A DNA stretch of 63,485 nt, filler included, from Octopus bimaculoides (taxonomy: Eukaryota), in NCBI RefSeq assembly GCF_001194135.2. It is 8 parts of 8 records of this genome, joined end to end, with 100 filler letters (N's around TTAATTAATTAA, not from the genome) between each part and the next. Parts side by side here need not be neighbours in the genome. Positions count along the whole stretch, not along the records: positions 38,014 to 41,059 come from NW_026350103.1; positions 41,160 to 47,310 come from NC_068986.1; positions 47,411 to 58,389 come from NC_068984.1; 5 more parts are not named here. The stretch is one strand, 5' to 3'. Positions 38,014 to 49,357 of this stretch are shown piece after piece. Numbering within the stretch: position 1 is the stretch's first letter; every line of letters begins with the position of its first letter. Under the pieces are notes generated by a model that was not told where the DNA came from, did not search any database, and saw only the letters and a list, made by a program, of their open reading frames with translations. The position numbers and the translations under genes were made by a program.

Positions 38014-39952
38014 TACAAAGGTAAAGGTGACGTTTTAGATACAAATAATTACAGAGGTATCAAACTGTTAGGTCAGTTAATGAAAGTCACGGAGAGGGTC
38101 ATAGCCCAGCTACTTAGGGAGCGAATCAATTTAGATGAGATGTAGTTTGGGTTCATGCCTGGGAAAAGCACCACTGATGCTATATTTCTGGTAAGACAGC
38201 TTCAGGAGAAATACCTAGCCAAGGATAAACCTCTGTACCTGGCTTTCGTTGACATGGAGAAAGCCTTTGACAGGGTCCCCCAATCCCTCAACTCATGGTC
38301 AATGAGGAAACTAGGGATAGAAGAATGGTTAGTGAGAGCTGTGCGAGCCATGTACAGAGATGCTGTCAGTAAGGTGAGGGCTGGCAATGAGTACAGTGAA
38401 GAATTCCGGGTAGAAGTAGGGGTCCACCAAGGTTCTGTCCTCAGCCCCCTCCTATTTATCATAGTCCTCCAGGCTATAACAGGAATTCAAGACAGGATGC
38501 CCCTGGGAGNNNNNNNNNNNNNNNNNNNNNNNNNNNNNNNNNNNNNNNNNNNNNNNNNNNNNNNNNNNNNNNNNNNNNNNNNNNNNNNNNNNNNNNNNNN
38601 NNNNNNNNNNNNNNNNNNNNNNNNNNNNNNNNNNNNNNNNNNNNNNNNNNNNNNNNNNNNNNNNNNNNNNNNNNNNNNNNNNNNNNNNNNNNNNNNNNNN
38701 NNNNNNNNNNNNNNNNNNNNNNNNNNNGTAGGTAGAAACTTTATAAGATGCACCCAGTGCAAACTATGGACACATAAGAGGTGCAGCAATATCAAAGGAA
38801 GGTTAACTAGGAAGTTAGTTTTTGTATGCAGCAGATGTTCAGGAGCTATAAACACTGTAAATGTGCAGAAAACAACTTCTGCCACATTCCTGTGAGAAAA
38901 ACTAGATGTAGTTGATAGCTTCTGCTATCTCGGTGACCAAGTTAGTAGTGGGGGAGAGTGCACTGAAAGTGTAGCTGCTAGAATAAGAATAGCCTGGGCA
39001 AAGTTCAGAGAGCTCTTACCTCTGCTGGTGACAAAGGGTCTCTCTCTCAGAGTAAAAGGCAGACTGTATGATGCATGTGTACGAACAGTCATGCTTCATG
39101 GCAGTGAAACATGGGCCGTGACTGCTGAAGATTTGCGTAGGCTCGCAAGGAATGAAGCCAGTATGCTCCGATGGATGTGTAATGTCAGTCTGCATACTAG
39201 ACAGAGTTGAACCTAAGAAGCATCAGTTGTGGTGTGCAAGAGAGACGATTGCGCTGGTATGGTCATGTGGCGAGAATGGATGAGGATAACTGTGTGAAAA
39301 AGTGCCACATCCTAGCATTTGAGGGAAACTGTAGAAGTAGGCCCAAGAAGACCTGGCATGAGGTGGTGAAGCACGACCTTCAAACATTGGGCCTCACCGA
39401 GGCGATGACTTCTTAGCGAGACCTTTGGAAACATGCTGTGCGTGAGAAGATCTGGCAAGCCAAGTGAGACCTAAATCCAAGGCCTCTGCCAGGGGTGTAG
39501 CCAGCCTACTTATAAGTACCTTTCCTTCATTGGACATTAAACTCTGCTAGCAAAGACCTGTTGAGGCATGTGAAATCGAAATCGAACTAAATTCGATGAC
39601 TGGCACCCATGCCAACATCGTCTCTTGCATTGGACACGAAACTCAGCTTGGGAAGACCTGTTGGGGCAAGCGAAAGCGAAATCGTGATGGCACCTGTGCC
39701 CAGCGTCGCCTTCCTGCAACTTGTGCCGGTGGCACGTGTAAAGGCATTCGAGCGAGATCGTTGCCAGTGCCGCCGGACTGGCTCCTGTGCAGGTGACACG
39801 TAAAAGCACCCACTACACTCTCAGAGTGGTAGGAAGGGCATCCAGCTGTAGAAACTCTGCCAAATCAGATTGGAGCCTGGTGTAGCCATCTGGTTCACCA
39901 GTCCTCAGTCAAATCGTCCAACCCATGCTAGCATGGAAAGCGGACGTTAAAC
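38014..39952 (+). mobile_element. RTE-clade LINE (RT, PHD-like insert, C-terminus, long 3' UTR)
   Basis: YKGKGD..NYRGIKLL, FGFMPGKSTTDAIF, AFVDMEKAFDRVP, GVHQGSVLSPLLF, RLRWYGHV; ends gcatggaaagcggacgttaaac. Confidence 0.92.
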
Positions 39953-40021
39953 AATATATATATGTGTGTGTGTGTATGTATATATATATATGTGTATATA
40001 TATATATATGTGTATATATAT

Positions 40022-40061
<40 letters not shown>

Positions 40062-40088
40062 GTAAGTATATGTATATATATATGTATG

Positions 40089-40149
<61 letters not shown>

Positions 40150-40338
40150 GTATATATGTGTGTATATATATGTATCCTATCGATAAAAGGCAGATTTTTT
40201 GTGTGTGTGTTAATAATTCATACATTTAAACAATTCCAAATTTCTTGAATTGAAGAATCGGAATTAATATTCTAAATACAATAAGTTAGGTCACAGCGTC
40301 ATTTTTTCAGTCAAAATAAATCCTAATTATGAATAAAA

Positions 40339-40515
40339 TTCATGAAGGAACAGTTCGACCCAAAACTTTTCATTGTGAGAGAGCGTTTCAAGTTTTGGAG
40401 TGATATGCAACAGAAGCCAGGCGAAACTCTCCAGGAGCTGGCAGCACGTATACGTCAGGGTGCGGCTACCTGTGATTTTCCATCGATCACCAACCCACAG
40501 GATGAAGCTCTGAGA
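40339..40515 (+). mobile_element. Ty3/Gypsy gag fragment
   Basis: MKEQFDPKLFIVRERFKFWSDMQQKPGETLQELAARIRQGAATCDF retrotransposon-gag signature (Q.PGE). Confidence 0.75.
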
Positions 40516-41159
40516 CATCTGGGAAGGACTTGAAATCAATGTTACCAACTGGGGACTATTTGTGTCCCAGTGATAATAAAAAGGAGGTCTGCAATGAAAT
40601 AAATTTACTCAACACTTTGCAAGTGAATCAGTGGAGGCAAAGATGCGTCTCATTTACTTGACAATTTATGCACCACATTTCAGAAATCACAATGTAAGTG
40701 TATCTGAAAGGATAGTCTTACAGTGTTGTACCGTTGAATTACAAATAATGCTCATCTGTTATGTTCGGGTGTCACTATAGCTTCCAATAGTACAACTGTA
40801 TTCATCTTTGCTTAGGAAAAATGACTAAATTGTGGGTGTGAAGTAACTTCTAAGAAGAAGAAATTTTAGAAATATCACTTTATTTGTGTGTAATATGTAT
40901 GGTTAATATTTTATAAAGATCCATTCAGTACTTTTGACGTAGTTTTGAATAAAAAAACTAATGATTAATGTGTGTGTTTGTATGCATGTGTATGTGTGTG
41001 TGTATGGGTGTATATATATATATAGATATCTGTATGCATGTATATATGTGTACATATTANNNNNNNNNNNNNNNNNNNNNNNNNNNNNNNNNNNNNNNNN
41101 NNNTTAATTAATTAANNNNNNNNNNNNNNNNNNNNNNNNNNNNNNNNNNNNNNNNNNNN

Positions 41160-41211
<52 letters not shown>

Positions 41212-42635
41212 TATATATAAATTTTACAGAAAAAAGTTTCGATGTTTGTCGAGCAACACATGGTGCCCATGTTGAGTGCATACTATCTTAAAACAAACTT
41301 TAAACCTTCTCCTATCTAGAAATATGTAGAATGTGTTTGTGTCTCTTACCGTTTCGTTTTAAAAGTAAATTTAAAATCTGCTCTTTCTTTTTGAATAACC
41401 CTGTTTATAGACATAGGTTTATGCTCATGCCATGTGTTTGTATATATTTTATATTATAATTAAAGAAAGAGACTTTGAGTAGTCTGGTGCAGTGCTATTA
41501 ACTATCTTACCAGTTCAGTTGATCCGTGGTAGAAGAGAGAGTTATTGTCTGTATTGTCAAGTCAATACCAATTAACGTCGTTCTAGATGCGATCTAGGAT
41601 GTTTCCTTGTTTAGCAGCTGCCTGCACCATGTATGCGAACTGCACATTAATTTAGGTGTTACTTTCGCACGGAAGAACGTCATTAACTGATTAGAAACTG
41701 AACTATTTTCTAAATCCGATAACAAAACATTTTGTCTTCCATTTTGTGTTAGTTTTTGTAGTTTTTATTTTTTATTCATTTTACACCGCATACAGTTTGG
41801 GGATTCGAAAAGTTGTTATGATTGCAAAAATGGTTTGGTTGGTGGCAGTATGGACGGTGAAGGAAAAACAAGCTAGGCTGCAGGCCAAGAGGTAGCATCA
41901 ATCGCTCCGTGCTGCTGCAAAGAGCAACACTATCAAAAGCTGCTGAAAGTGGTGTCATTTCCAATTGACAGAGGAATTAATCCGTGGTGCAAGCTGTATG
42001 CAAAATACACAAGGCATTTTAGGTAATTCTTTTCTTTTTAGTACTAAGTTTAATCTTTTACGTTATGTTTATGCAATATACATTGATGTGTGGAGTGTTG
42101 AAGTTGTTTAAATGTAATCTATGCGTTATATATTGTTTAAATGTAATCTATGGTACTTATATAGTATTATTTAGTCATTCGTAAGACGACAGGGAAAATT
42201 TTCATGGACGTTTGGCTACAATTTCTAGTCGATTAACCGACCAAGTAAATATTTGTTCGACGGATGAATGGATGGGAAGATGTTTAGAATATCGATTCCA
42301 TTGAGTTATTTAGTGTATCAAATGGCTTCAGACCACACATACTATCTAACTAGATGGTTTCCTGTTCATTTTACAATGAAATATAGTCCCGTTCCTATTC
42401 TCGGGAGGAGTTAACAACTCACGTGGTGGGAGAAAATGCGACGAAGAATAATGACGTAACAGTATTTTACCATGGGAGATTATTCTTTTATTCATCAATT
42501 AGTTGCAGTCATTAGACTGTGACCATATTGAATCAAGAGCAAAAGTTAAGTCGATCAGATTGACCTCATGATTTATTTCAGTCCGGTACTACTTATCTAC
42601 GTATCCTATCGACTTTTAGCTGTCAGACGGCAATA

Positions 42636-42670
<35 letters not shown>

Positions 42671-42774
42671 NNNNNNNNNNCTATAAATATATGCATATAT
42701 GCATATATTTATAGAAATGGTAAGATAACAAAAGAATGAAAGAGCCCTCGATACTATGTAAATAGAGGAATTTA

Positions 42775-42952
42775 TCAGTAAATATATGTGACAATTATTC
42801 GGTAGCCATGATAAAACTCTGAGTTTCGAATTTTCATAGCATTTGTTTGATGGCCCGATAACTGAAGAGATGCCGGCGTGGGTTTCCGCCTCGACATCCG
42901 AAACTCGGAGTTTTATCATGGCTACCGAATAATTGTCACATATATTTACAGA
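42775..42952. repeat. 178-bp inverted-repeat element (57-bp arms, 3 mismatches) flanked by TA and containing a hammerhead
   Basis: arms 42775-42831 and 42896-42952. Confidence 0.9.
42857..42917 (+). ncRNA. type-I hammerhead ribozyme, canonical core
   Basis: GATAA-CTGAAGA-GATG..GGCG..CGCC..CATCC-GAAAC-TCGGA-GTT-TTATC; 5-bp stem I, ACTC(G)GAGT stem III. Confidence 0.7.
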
Positions 42953-42969
42953 TATATATATATAGCTTC

Positions 42970-43201
42970 TTATTTTTTTATTGCCCACAAGGGGCTACAC
43001 ACAGAGGGGACAAACAAGGACAGAGAAATAGATTAAGTCGATTACATCGACCTCAGTGTGTAACTGGTACTTATTTAATCGACCCCTAAAGGATGAAAGG
43101 CAAAGTCGACCTCAGCGGCATTTGAACTCAGAACGTAGCGGCAGACAAAATACCGCTAGGCATTTCGCCCGACGTGCTAACGTTTCTGCTAGCTCGCCGC
43201 C
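42970..43201 (-). mobile_element. SINE family A with Tx1-like tail (variant 3)
   Basis: complete head and core; tail tctgtccttgtttgtcccctctgtgtgtagccccttgtgggcaataaa. Confidence 0.88.
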
Positions 43202-43897
43202 TTTTTTTTTCTTCTTTTTCTTCCTCTTTCTATTCTTTTTTTTTTCCGACTAAAATCTTTCAAGGCAGAGACAGCACCCCAGCATGGCCGCAGTCTAAAC
43301 ACTGAAATGAGAAATAGATTAAAAAAAAAAAATTTAGTTATCTTTACAGCGTATGTAGTACGCTTAATCCGAAACTGCAAAATCTTGAAAAAAAACAAAA
43401 AAAACAGAAAGAAAAAGAAATCTCGATATTTCCTCCATTCCAATGAAATAATGTAAAGTGATGCATAGAAAGAATTGCATGAATTTAGTTGTAATACTTT
43501 CTGTAGTCGCTACATCAGTCGTTCTCTGCAAACGCCAGTGTTTGTAAAACAGGGTTAAACAAATAAAAGGTTCGCTTTTGAACTTCAATTATCAAAATAG
43601 TTTTTGTCGTTACAAGACACATAATATAAACTAGTATATTTTAACAACTCGACCTACTAGCTTTAATGACATTATTACCCAAGATACATGCATACATACA
43701 TATATATATATATATAATCATAAATATACAGGGATTAGCAGGAGCTGCTTCTCCAACATACTGAGAATTCAGAAATAGCAGTCAAAGAACTACTGATTCC
43801 AAATTACAAATTTATTCTCTAACGGATGGCGATATTTATGGCACACACAGAACAAAAAAACAGAAGAGAAGAGTAAAAACAAACCTGCCTTTAGTTA

Positions 43898-43961
43898 ATT
43901 GGGTACGACGTTTCACGGTTAAGGGTATGAAGTTACCCTTTTCCGATCTTCAGCTTCAATA
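43898..43961 (-). ncRNA. type-I hammerhead-like motif in a pLTR-like repeat
   Basis: ATTGAAG-CTGAAGA-TCGG..AAGGGTA/TACCCTT..CCGT-GAAAC-GTC-GTA-CCCAAT; stem I imperfect. Confidence 0.55.
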
Positions 43962-44699
43962 TTCGAATAAATTTGCAAGTGTCTAATAACTCATGTGAAT
44001 TTTGACCATGCGACATCAAGACCACGTGAGGCAGACACTNNNNNNNNNNNNNNNNNNNNNNNNNNNNNNNNNNNNNNNNNNNNNNNNNNNNNNNNNNNNN
44101 NNNNNNNNNNNNNNNNNNNNNNNNNNNNNNNNNNNNNNNNNNNNNNNNNNNNNNNNNNNNNNNNNNNNNNNNNNNNNNNNNNNNNNNNNNNNNNNNNNNN
44201 NNNNNNNNNNNNNNNNNNNNNNNNNNNNNNNNNNNNNNNNNNNNNNNNNNNNNNNNNNNNNNNNNNNNNNNNNNNNNNNNNNNNNNNNNNNNNNNNNNNN
44301 NNNNNNNNNNNNNNNNNNNNNNNNNNNNTATAGAAAAAAGTCCCGTATGAAGGGTTGCGGTTTAACCATCCAACTTAGAGGCATCACTATAAAATATAGA
44401 TATATAGGGCAGGGAATCGTCAATTAGTAATAAAATTAATAATTAACAATTTTGCCGAGTAGCTCAGAAAGAAGCACACGCTAAAAGTTAGAGCAGTAAT
44501 TAATTATATGGCCGATTATAGTGATCAATGGCTTCGCATCCATAATATATATACACACCTACCTATGTACACTTCAACCATGCGGTTATGCACAATGTCT
44601 ATCAATGTATTTATCTATATAAAGTGTATTCTACGGAGCTCTTCGTCCCTTTGGTTCACTTATGTAACTTTACAGTGCAGGTGTGACGTATGAGATAGA

Positions 44700-44896
44700 C
44701 AGGAAGAAAATTTTGGGGAAGGGGACCAGTCGATTAGATCGACCCTAATACGCAACTGGTACTTAATTTATCGACCCCGAAAGGATAAAAGGCAGAGTCG
44801 ACCTCGGCGGAATTTGAACTCAGAACGTCAAGACAGACGAAACACCGCTCAGCATTTCGTCCGGCGAGCTAACATTTCTACCAGCTACTCGCCGCC
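44700..44896 (-). mobile_element. SINE family A
   Basis: head and core intact. Confidence 0.85.
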
Positions 44897-45253
44897 ATTG
44901 TAGGGAATGTTATTCTGCAATCACTTGCTGCTGGGTTCGTTTGCAGAGCTGTGGAAGTCTCGCGTTGACCAACATCTTCTAACAGAACATAGCATACAGA
45001 AAAGCCCATTGTATATCGAAGAATAATATTCTAAGTAGATCCGTTGATCCGACTTCGCTTTTCCTCAATTAAAATTATATGTCGTTGCTATTATGCAAAA
45101 GTGTCGTAAGTCCAAAACGTTGCTGTTTTTTTTTTTAGAAAACGAAAAAATAGTTTCACCATTCCATTTCTTTTTATATTAGCAACAGTATAGCACATAT
45201 AGCTCCTTACCACACAGCCACACCTGTCCCCACACAAAAGCAATTCGTCTTGC

Positions 45254-45325
45254 CTTCCGGGCGGGGAATCAGATCTCAGTCTCCCGCATGATAGGTGCGG
45301 ATACTTACCACTATACTACCGAGGA
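45254..45325 (-). pseudogene. tRNA-Asp-derived pseudogene
   Basis: TCCTCGGTAGTATAGTGGTAAGTATCCGCACCTATCATGCGGGAGACTGAGATCTGATTCCCCGCCCGGAAG aligns to tRNA-Asp(GTC); anticodon reads ATC, B box broken. Confidence 0.8.
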
Positions 45326-45334
45326 CTATACATA

Positions 45335-45735
45335 TATATGTTTCTATTCTTTTACTTGTTTGACTGCAGCCATGCTGGATCTCCACCTTGAAAGGTTTTA
45401 GTCGAACAAATCGACTACAGGACTTATTTTTAAAGCCAAGTACTTATTCTATCGGTCACTTTTGCCGAAGTTATGCAGATGTAAACACATTAATACCGGT
45501 TGTCGAGTGGTGATGAGGTAACAAACACACACCCAAAGACATACACACATAGAAATATGTATAGACACACACACACACATATGTGACGGGCTTCTTTCAA
45601 TTTCCGTCCACCAAGTCCACCCACAAGGCTTTGGTTGACCCGAGGCCATAGTGGAAAACACTTGCCCAAGGTGCTACGCAGTGGGACTGAACCTGAAGCC
45701 ATGTAATTGGGAAGCAAGCTTCTTACCATAAAGCC
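45335..45735 (-). mobile_element. CORE-SINE family B, near full length
   Basis: reverse complement of the 49762-50147 copy, including the internal microsatellite. Confidence 0.85.
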
Positions 45736-46691
45736 AGGCTTGCACCTATATATATATATATATNNNNNNNNNNNNNNNNNNNNNNNNNNNNNNNNNNNNN
45801 NNNNNNNNNNNNNNNNNNNNNNNNNNNNNNNNNNNNNNNNNNNNNNNNNNNNNNNNNNNNNNNNNNNNNNNNNNNNNNNNNNNNNNNNNNNNNNNNNNNN
45901 NNNNNNNNNNNNNNNNNNNNNNNNNNNNNNNNNNNNNNNNNNNNNNNNNNNNNNNNNNNNNNNNNNNNNNNNNNNNNNNNNNNNNNNNNNNNNNNNNNNN
46001 NNNNNNNNNNNNNNNNNNNNNNNNNNNNNNNNNNNNNNNNNNNNNNNNNNNNNNNNNNNNNNNNNNNNNNNNNNNNNNNNNNNNNNNNNNNNNNNNNNNN
46101 NNNNNNNNNNNNNNNNNNNNNNNNNNNNNNNNNNNNNNNNNNNNNNNNNNNNNNNNNNNNNNNNNNNNNNNNNNNNNNNNNNNNNNNNNNNNNNNNNNNN
46201 NNNNNNNNNNNNNNNNNNNNNNNNNNNNNNNNNNNNNNNNNNNNNNNNNNNNNNNNNNNNNNNNNNNNNNNNNNNNNNNNNNNNNNNNNNNNNNNNNNNN
46301 NNNNNNNNNNNNNNNNNNNNNNNNNNNNNNNNNNNNNNNNNNNNNNNNNNNNNNNNNNNNNACATAGACAGAGAAAGAGAGTGGAAGAGAGCTTGTGAAG
46401 AATAGGAAAGGAATTACTAAAAAACAGATGGTGGGTTTGTATGAGAAAAATTATCTGCAGGCGAGTCAATTCCCAAGGCCGATTCAATAACCAGGAGTTG
46501 TAAATTTATTTTCGAAAATAGAGAAAATATGTTAAGCTACACGTGATTGCTTCACAATTTCCTTTGACCACAACTAAATATTTTAAGTTGTCATTGCTGT
46601 TTAGCCCAAGGTCAGTAGCTTTTATTGAACGGACTCATTATAGTCGTTAATGCTATGACCATCTCGTTGTTTGCATGTGTGTGTGTGTGTA

Positions 46692-47185
46692 TAGTGTTTA
46701 TCGCTACTTTAACGTGCTTATTCTGTAAGAACCGACGATACTACTATTTTAATTACAGGAACACATCCCTTTCAGCTGGTTTATTCAGTGCGCCCTCGGT
46801 CTTGATATTCATTGCAAGCGGGAAAGAACTCCTACCACCAGATCACGTGATTTCAATCTTATTGGATGACTTCAGCAGTGAGGCGTGTTACTGGTCTGGC
46901 TTCGCTTACAATATACAGAAAATAGTGTCATACAATCACTGATTTTCTAACTAGCAAACTAGACCGTTAGAAAATCTCTGTTCAAGATAGAAGTAATATA
47001 CGAAGCAAAACGTAGTGTTTATCGCCACTTTAACGTGGCTGTTCTCTAAGAGCCGATGATACTGCTATTTTAACTGCAGGAAGACATCTATTTAGTGCGC
47101 TCTCGCACTCGATATTAATTGCAAGCGGGAGAGAACTCCTGCCAATCTTGCTCCGAGACCACCGAATCATGTGATTTCGATCTTG
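46692..47185 (+). repeat. diverged ~170-bp direct repeat (46692-46860 and 47013-47185)
   Basis: tagtgtttatcgc(t/c)actttaacgtg...attgcaagcggga(a/g)agaactcct in both units. Confidence 0.8.
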
Positions 47186-47205
47186 TATCATTTGAGCGCT
47201 GGGCT

Positions 47206-47252
<47 letters not shown>

Positions 47253-47274
47253 ACGCACGCACACACACACACAA

Positions 47275-47310
<36 letters not shown>

Positions 47311-47423
47311 NNNNNNNNNNNNNNNNNNNNNNNNNNNNNNNNNNNNNNNNNNNNTTAATTAATTAANNNNNNNNNNNNNNNNNNNNNNNNNNNNNNNNNN
47401 NNNNNNNNNNAATTATCACAGAG

Positions 47424-47461
47424 CTGCTACTCAGAGTTTCACGTTCCCGTTCGTCGGACAG
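47424..47461 (-). ncRNA. minimal hammerhead variant (CCGACGA core), mirror copy
   Basis: CTGT-CCGACGA-ACG-GGAA-CGT-GAAAC-TCTGA-GTA-GCAG. Confidence 0.6.
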
Positions 47462-47495
47462 TTGTGATAAATGCTGAATTCAGGATTTATTACAA

Positions 47496-47533
47496 CTGTC
47501 CGACGAATGGGAACGTGAAACTCTGAGTAACAG
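47496..47533 (+). ncRNA. minimal hammerhead variant (CCGACGA core)
   Basis: CTGT-CCGACGA-ATG-GGAA-CGT-GAAAC-TCTGA-GTA-ACAG. Confidence 0.6.
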
Positions 47534-47644
47534 CTCTGTGATAATTAAGCAGCTTTTAAAAAAATGTATATTACTCTGCCTTTGGTATTCGAGTACTATT
47601 TTTTACACTTTGTCTTGCACTTATGTGCTCATCTGTACGTAGGA

Positions 47645-47675
<31 letters not shown>

Positions 47676-47689
47676 GTGTGTGAGTTCGT

Positions 47690-47895
47690 CCACCACCTCT
47701 TGACAACTGGAGCTGGTATGTAATCTAGCGGTTCGACTAAAGAGTCTGATTAAAAAAAGTATCAGGCTTAGAAAGAAATAATAACAAGCTCTGAGGTTGA
47801 TTCGTTCGACTAAAAAACAAAACAAAAACACCTTCAAGGTGGTGCTCCAGCATGGCTCCAGTCTAATGAACGAAACAAGCAAAAGAATAAAAGAG
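47690..47895 (+). mobile_element. CORE-SINE family B, 3' half
   Basis: ggtggtgctccagcatggc...gaaacaagcaaaagaataaaagag tail. Confidence 0.7.
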
Positions 47896-47927
47896 AAATT
47901 TGCAGTAGGATTAGTAGCAGCAGCAGC

Positions 47928-47959
<32 letters not shown>

Positions 47960-48296
47960 CGACGACGACAACAAGGTTGTAAATGGCAAAATAATTCTAT
48001 CTTTGTGTGTATCAGAAATAGTCCCGTTTAGGAAAGAGACTCGTACGAATTCCTGCGGTATAACCATCCACCGTGGAGTTATTATTAAAATATAGATATG
48101 CAGGGCAGGGAATCATCAATTAGTAATAAAATTAATAATTAACAATTTCTGATACACACTGAATTGAAATTCATTAGGGCGAGAGATTTTGAACTTACTG
48201 GCCGATAAATTTCTTAACGTCTTCTTCACGTGGTATTGATGTTCACATGGTCAAAATTAACGTGAGTTATTTAGACATTAACAAATTTATTAGAAT

Positions 48297-48358
48297 ATTT
48301 GGCTGAAGATCAGAATAGAGTATTATGTACTCTTAACTGTGAAACAATTGTACTAAAT
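48297..48358 (+). ncRNA. type-I hammerhead ribozyme, pLTR type
   Basis: ATTTGG-CTGAAGA-TCAG..AGAGTA/TACTCT..CTGT-GAAAC-AATT-GTA-CTAAAT; 6-bp stem I, palindromic ACAATTGT stem III. Confidence 0.75.
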
Positions 48359-49295
48359 TAACNNNNNNNNNNNNNNNNNNNNNNNNNNNNNNNNNNNNNN
48401 NNNNNNNNNNNNNNNNNNNNNNNNNNNNNNNNNNNNNNNNNNNNNNNNNNNNNNNNNNNNNNNNNNNNNNNNNNNNNNNNNNNNNNNNNNNNNNNNNNNN
48501 NNNNNNNNNNNNNNNNNNNNNNNNNNNNNNNNNNNNNNNNNNNNNNNNNNNNNNNNNNNNNNNNNNNNNNNNNNNNNNNNNNNNNNNNNNNNNNNNNNNN
48601 NNNNNNNNNNNNNNNNNNNNNNNNNNNNNNNNNNNNNNNNNNNNNNNNNNNNNNNNNNNNNNNNNNNNNNNNNNNNNNNNNNNNNNNNNNNNNNNNNNNN
48701 NNNNNNNNNNNNNNNNNNNNNNNNNNNNNNNNNNNNNNNNNNNNNNNNNNNNNNNNNNNNNNNNNNNNNNNNNNNNNNNNNNNNNNNNNNNNNNNNNNNN
48801 NNNNNNNNNNNNNNNNNNNNNNNNNNNNNNNNNNNNNNNNNNNNNNNNNNNNNNNNNNNNNNNNNNNNNNNNNNNNNNNNNNNNNNNNNNNNNNNNNNNN
48901 NNNNNNNNNNNNNNNNNNNNNNNNNNNNNNNNNNNNNNNNNNNNNNNNNNNNNNNNNNNNNNNNNNNNNNNNNNNNNNNNNNNNNNNNNNNNNNNNNNNN
49001 NNNNNNNNNNNNNNNNNNNNNNNNNNNNNNNNNNNNNNNNNNNNNNNNNNNNTGATTAGGTCCCCCTAACTTAGTGATTTGGCAAAAGGAACTGATAGAA
49101 TAAGTACTAGGCTTAGAAGGAATAAATATATATATATATATCATCATCATCATCACCACCACGACCACCATCACCATCATCATTATCATCATCATATAAC
49201 GTCCGTTTTCTATGCTGGCAGGGGTTGCACCATTCCCTCTCACCCATACAATGGAAAGTGGATGTCAAAATGAGGATGGTGTATATATATATAGG

Positions 49296-49348
<53 letters not shown>

Positions 49349-49357
49349 TACAAGCGC

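Larger units (their letters stand above)
47411..47546. repeat. 136-bp loopless palindrome (68-bp arms, 4 mismatches) with a hammerhead variant in each arm
   Basis: centred on GAATTC; left end abuts a gap. Confidence 0.9.

Noticed and set aside
45301-45309. ATACTTACC resembling the U1 snRNA 5' end
   Set aside because: It is the antisense of the tRNA-Asp D arm; no further U1 similarity.
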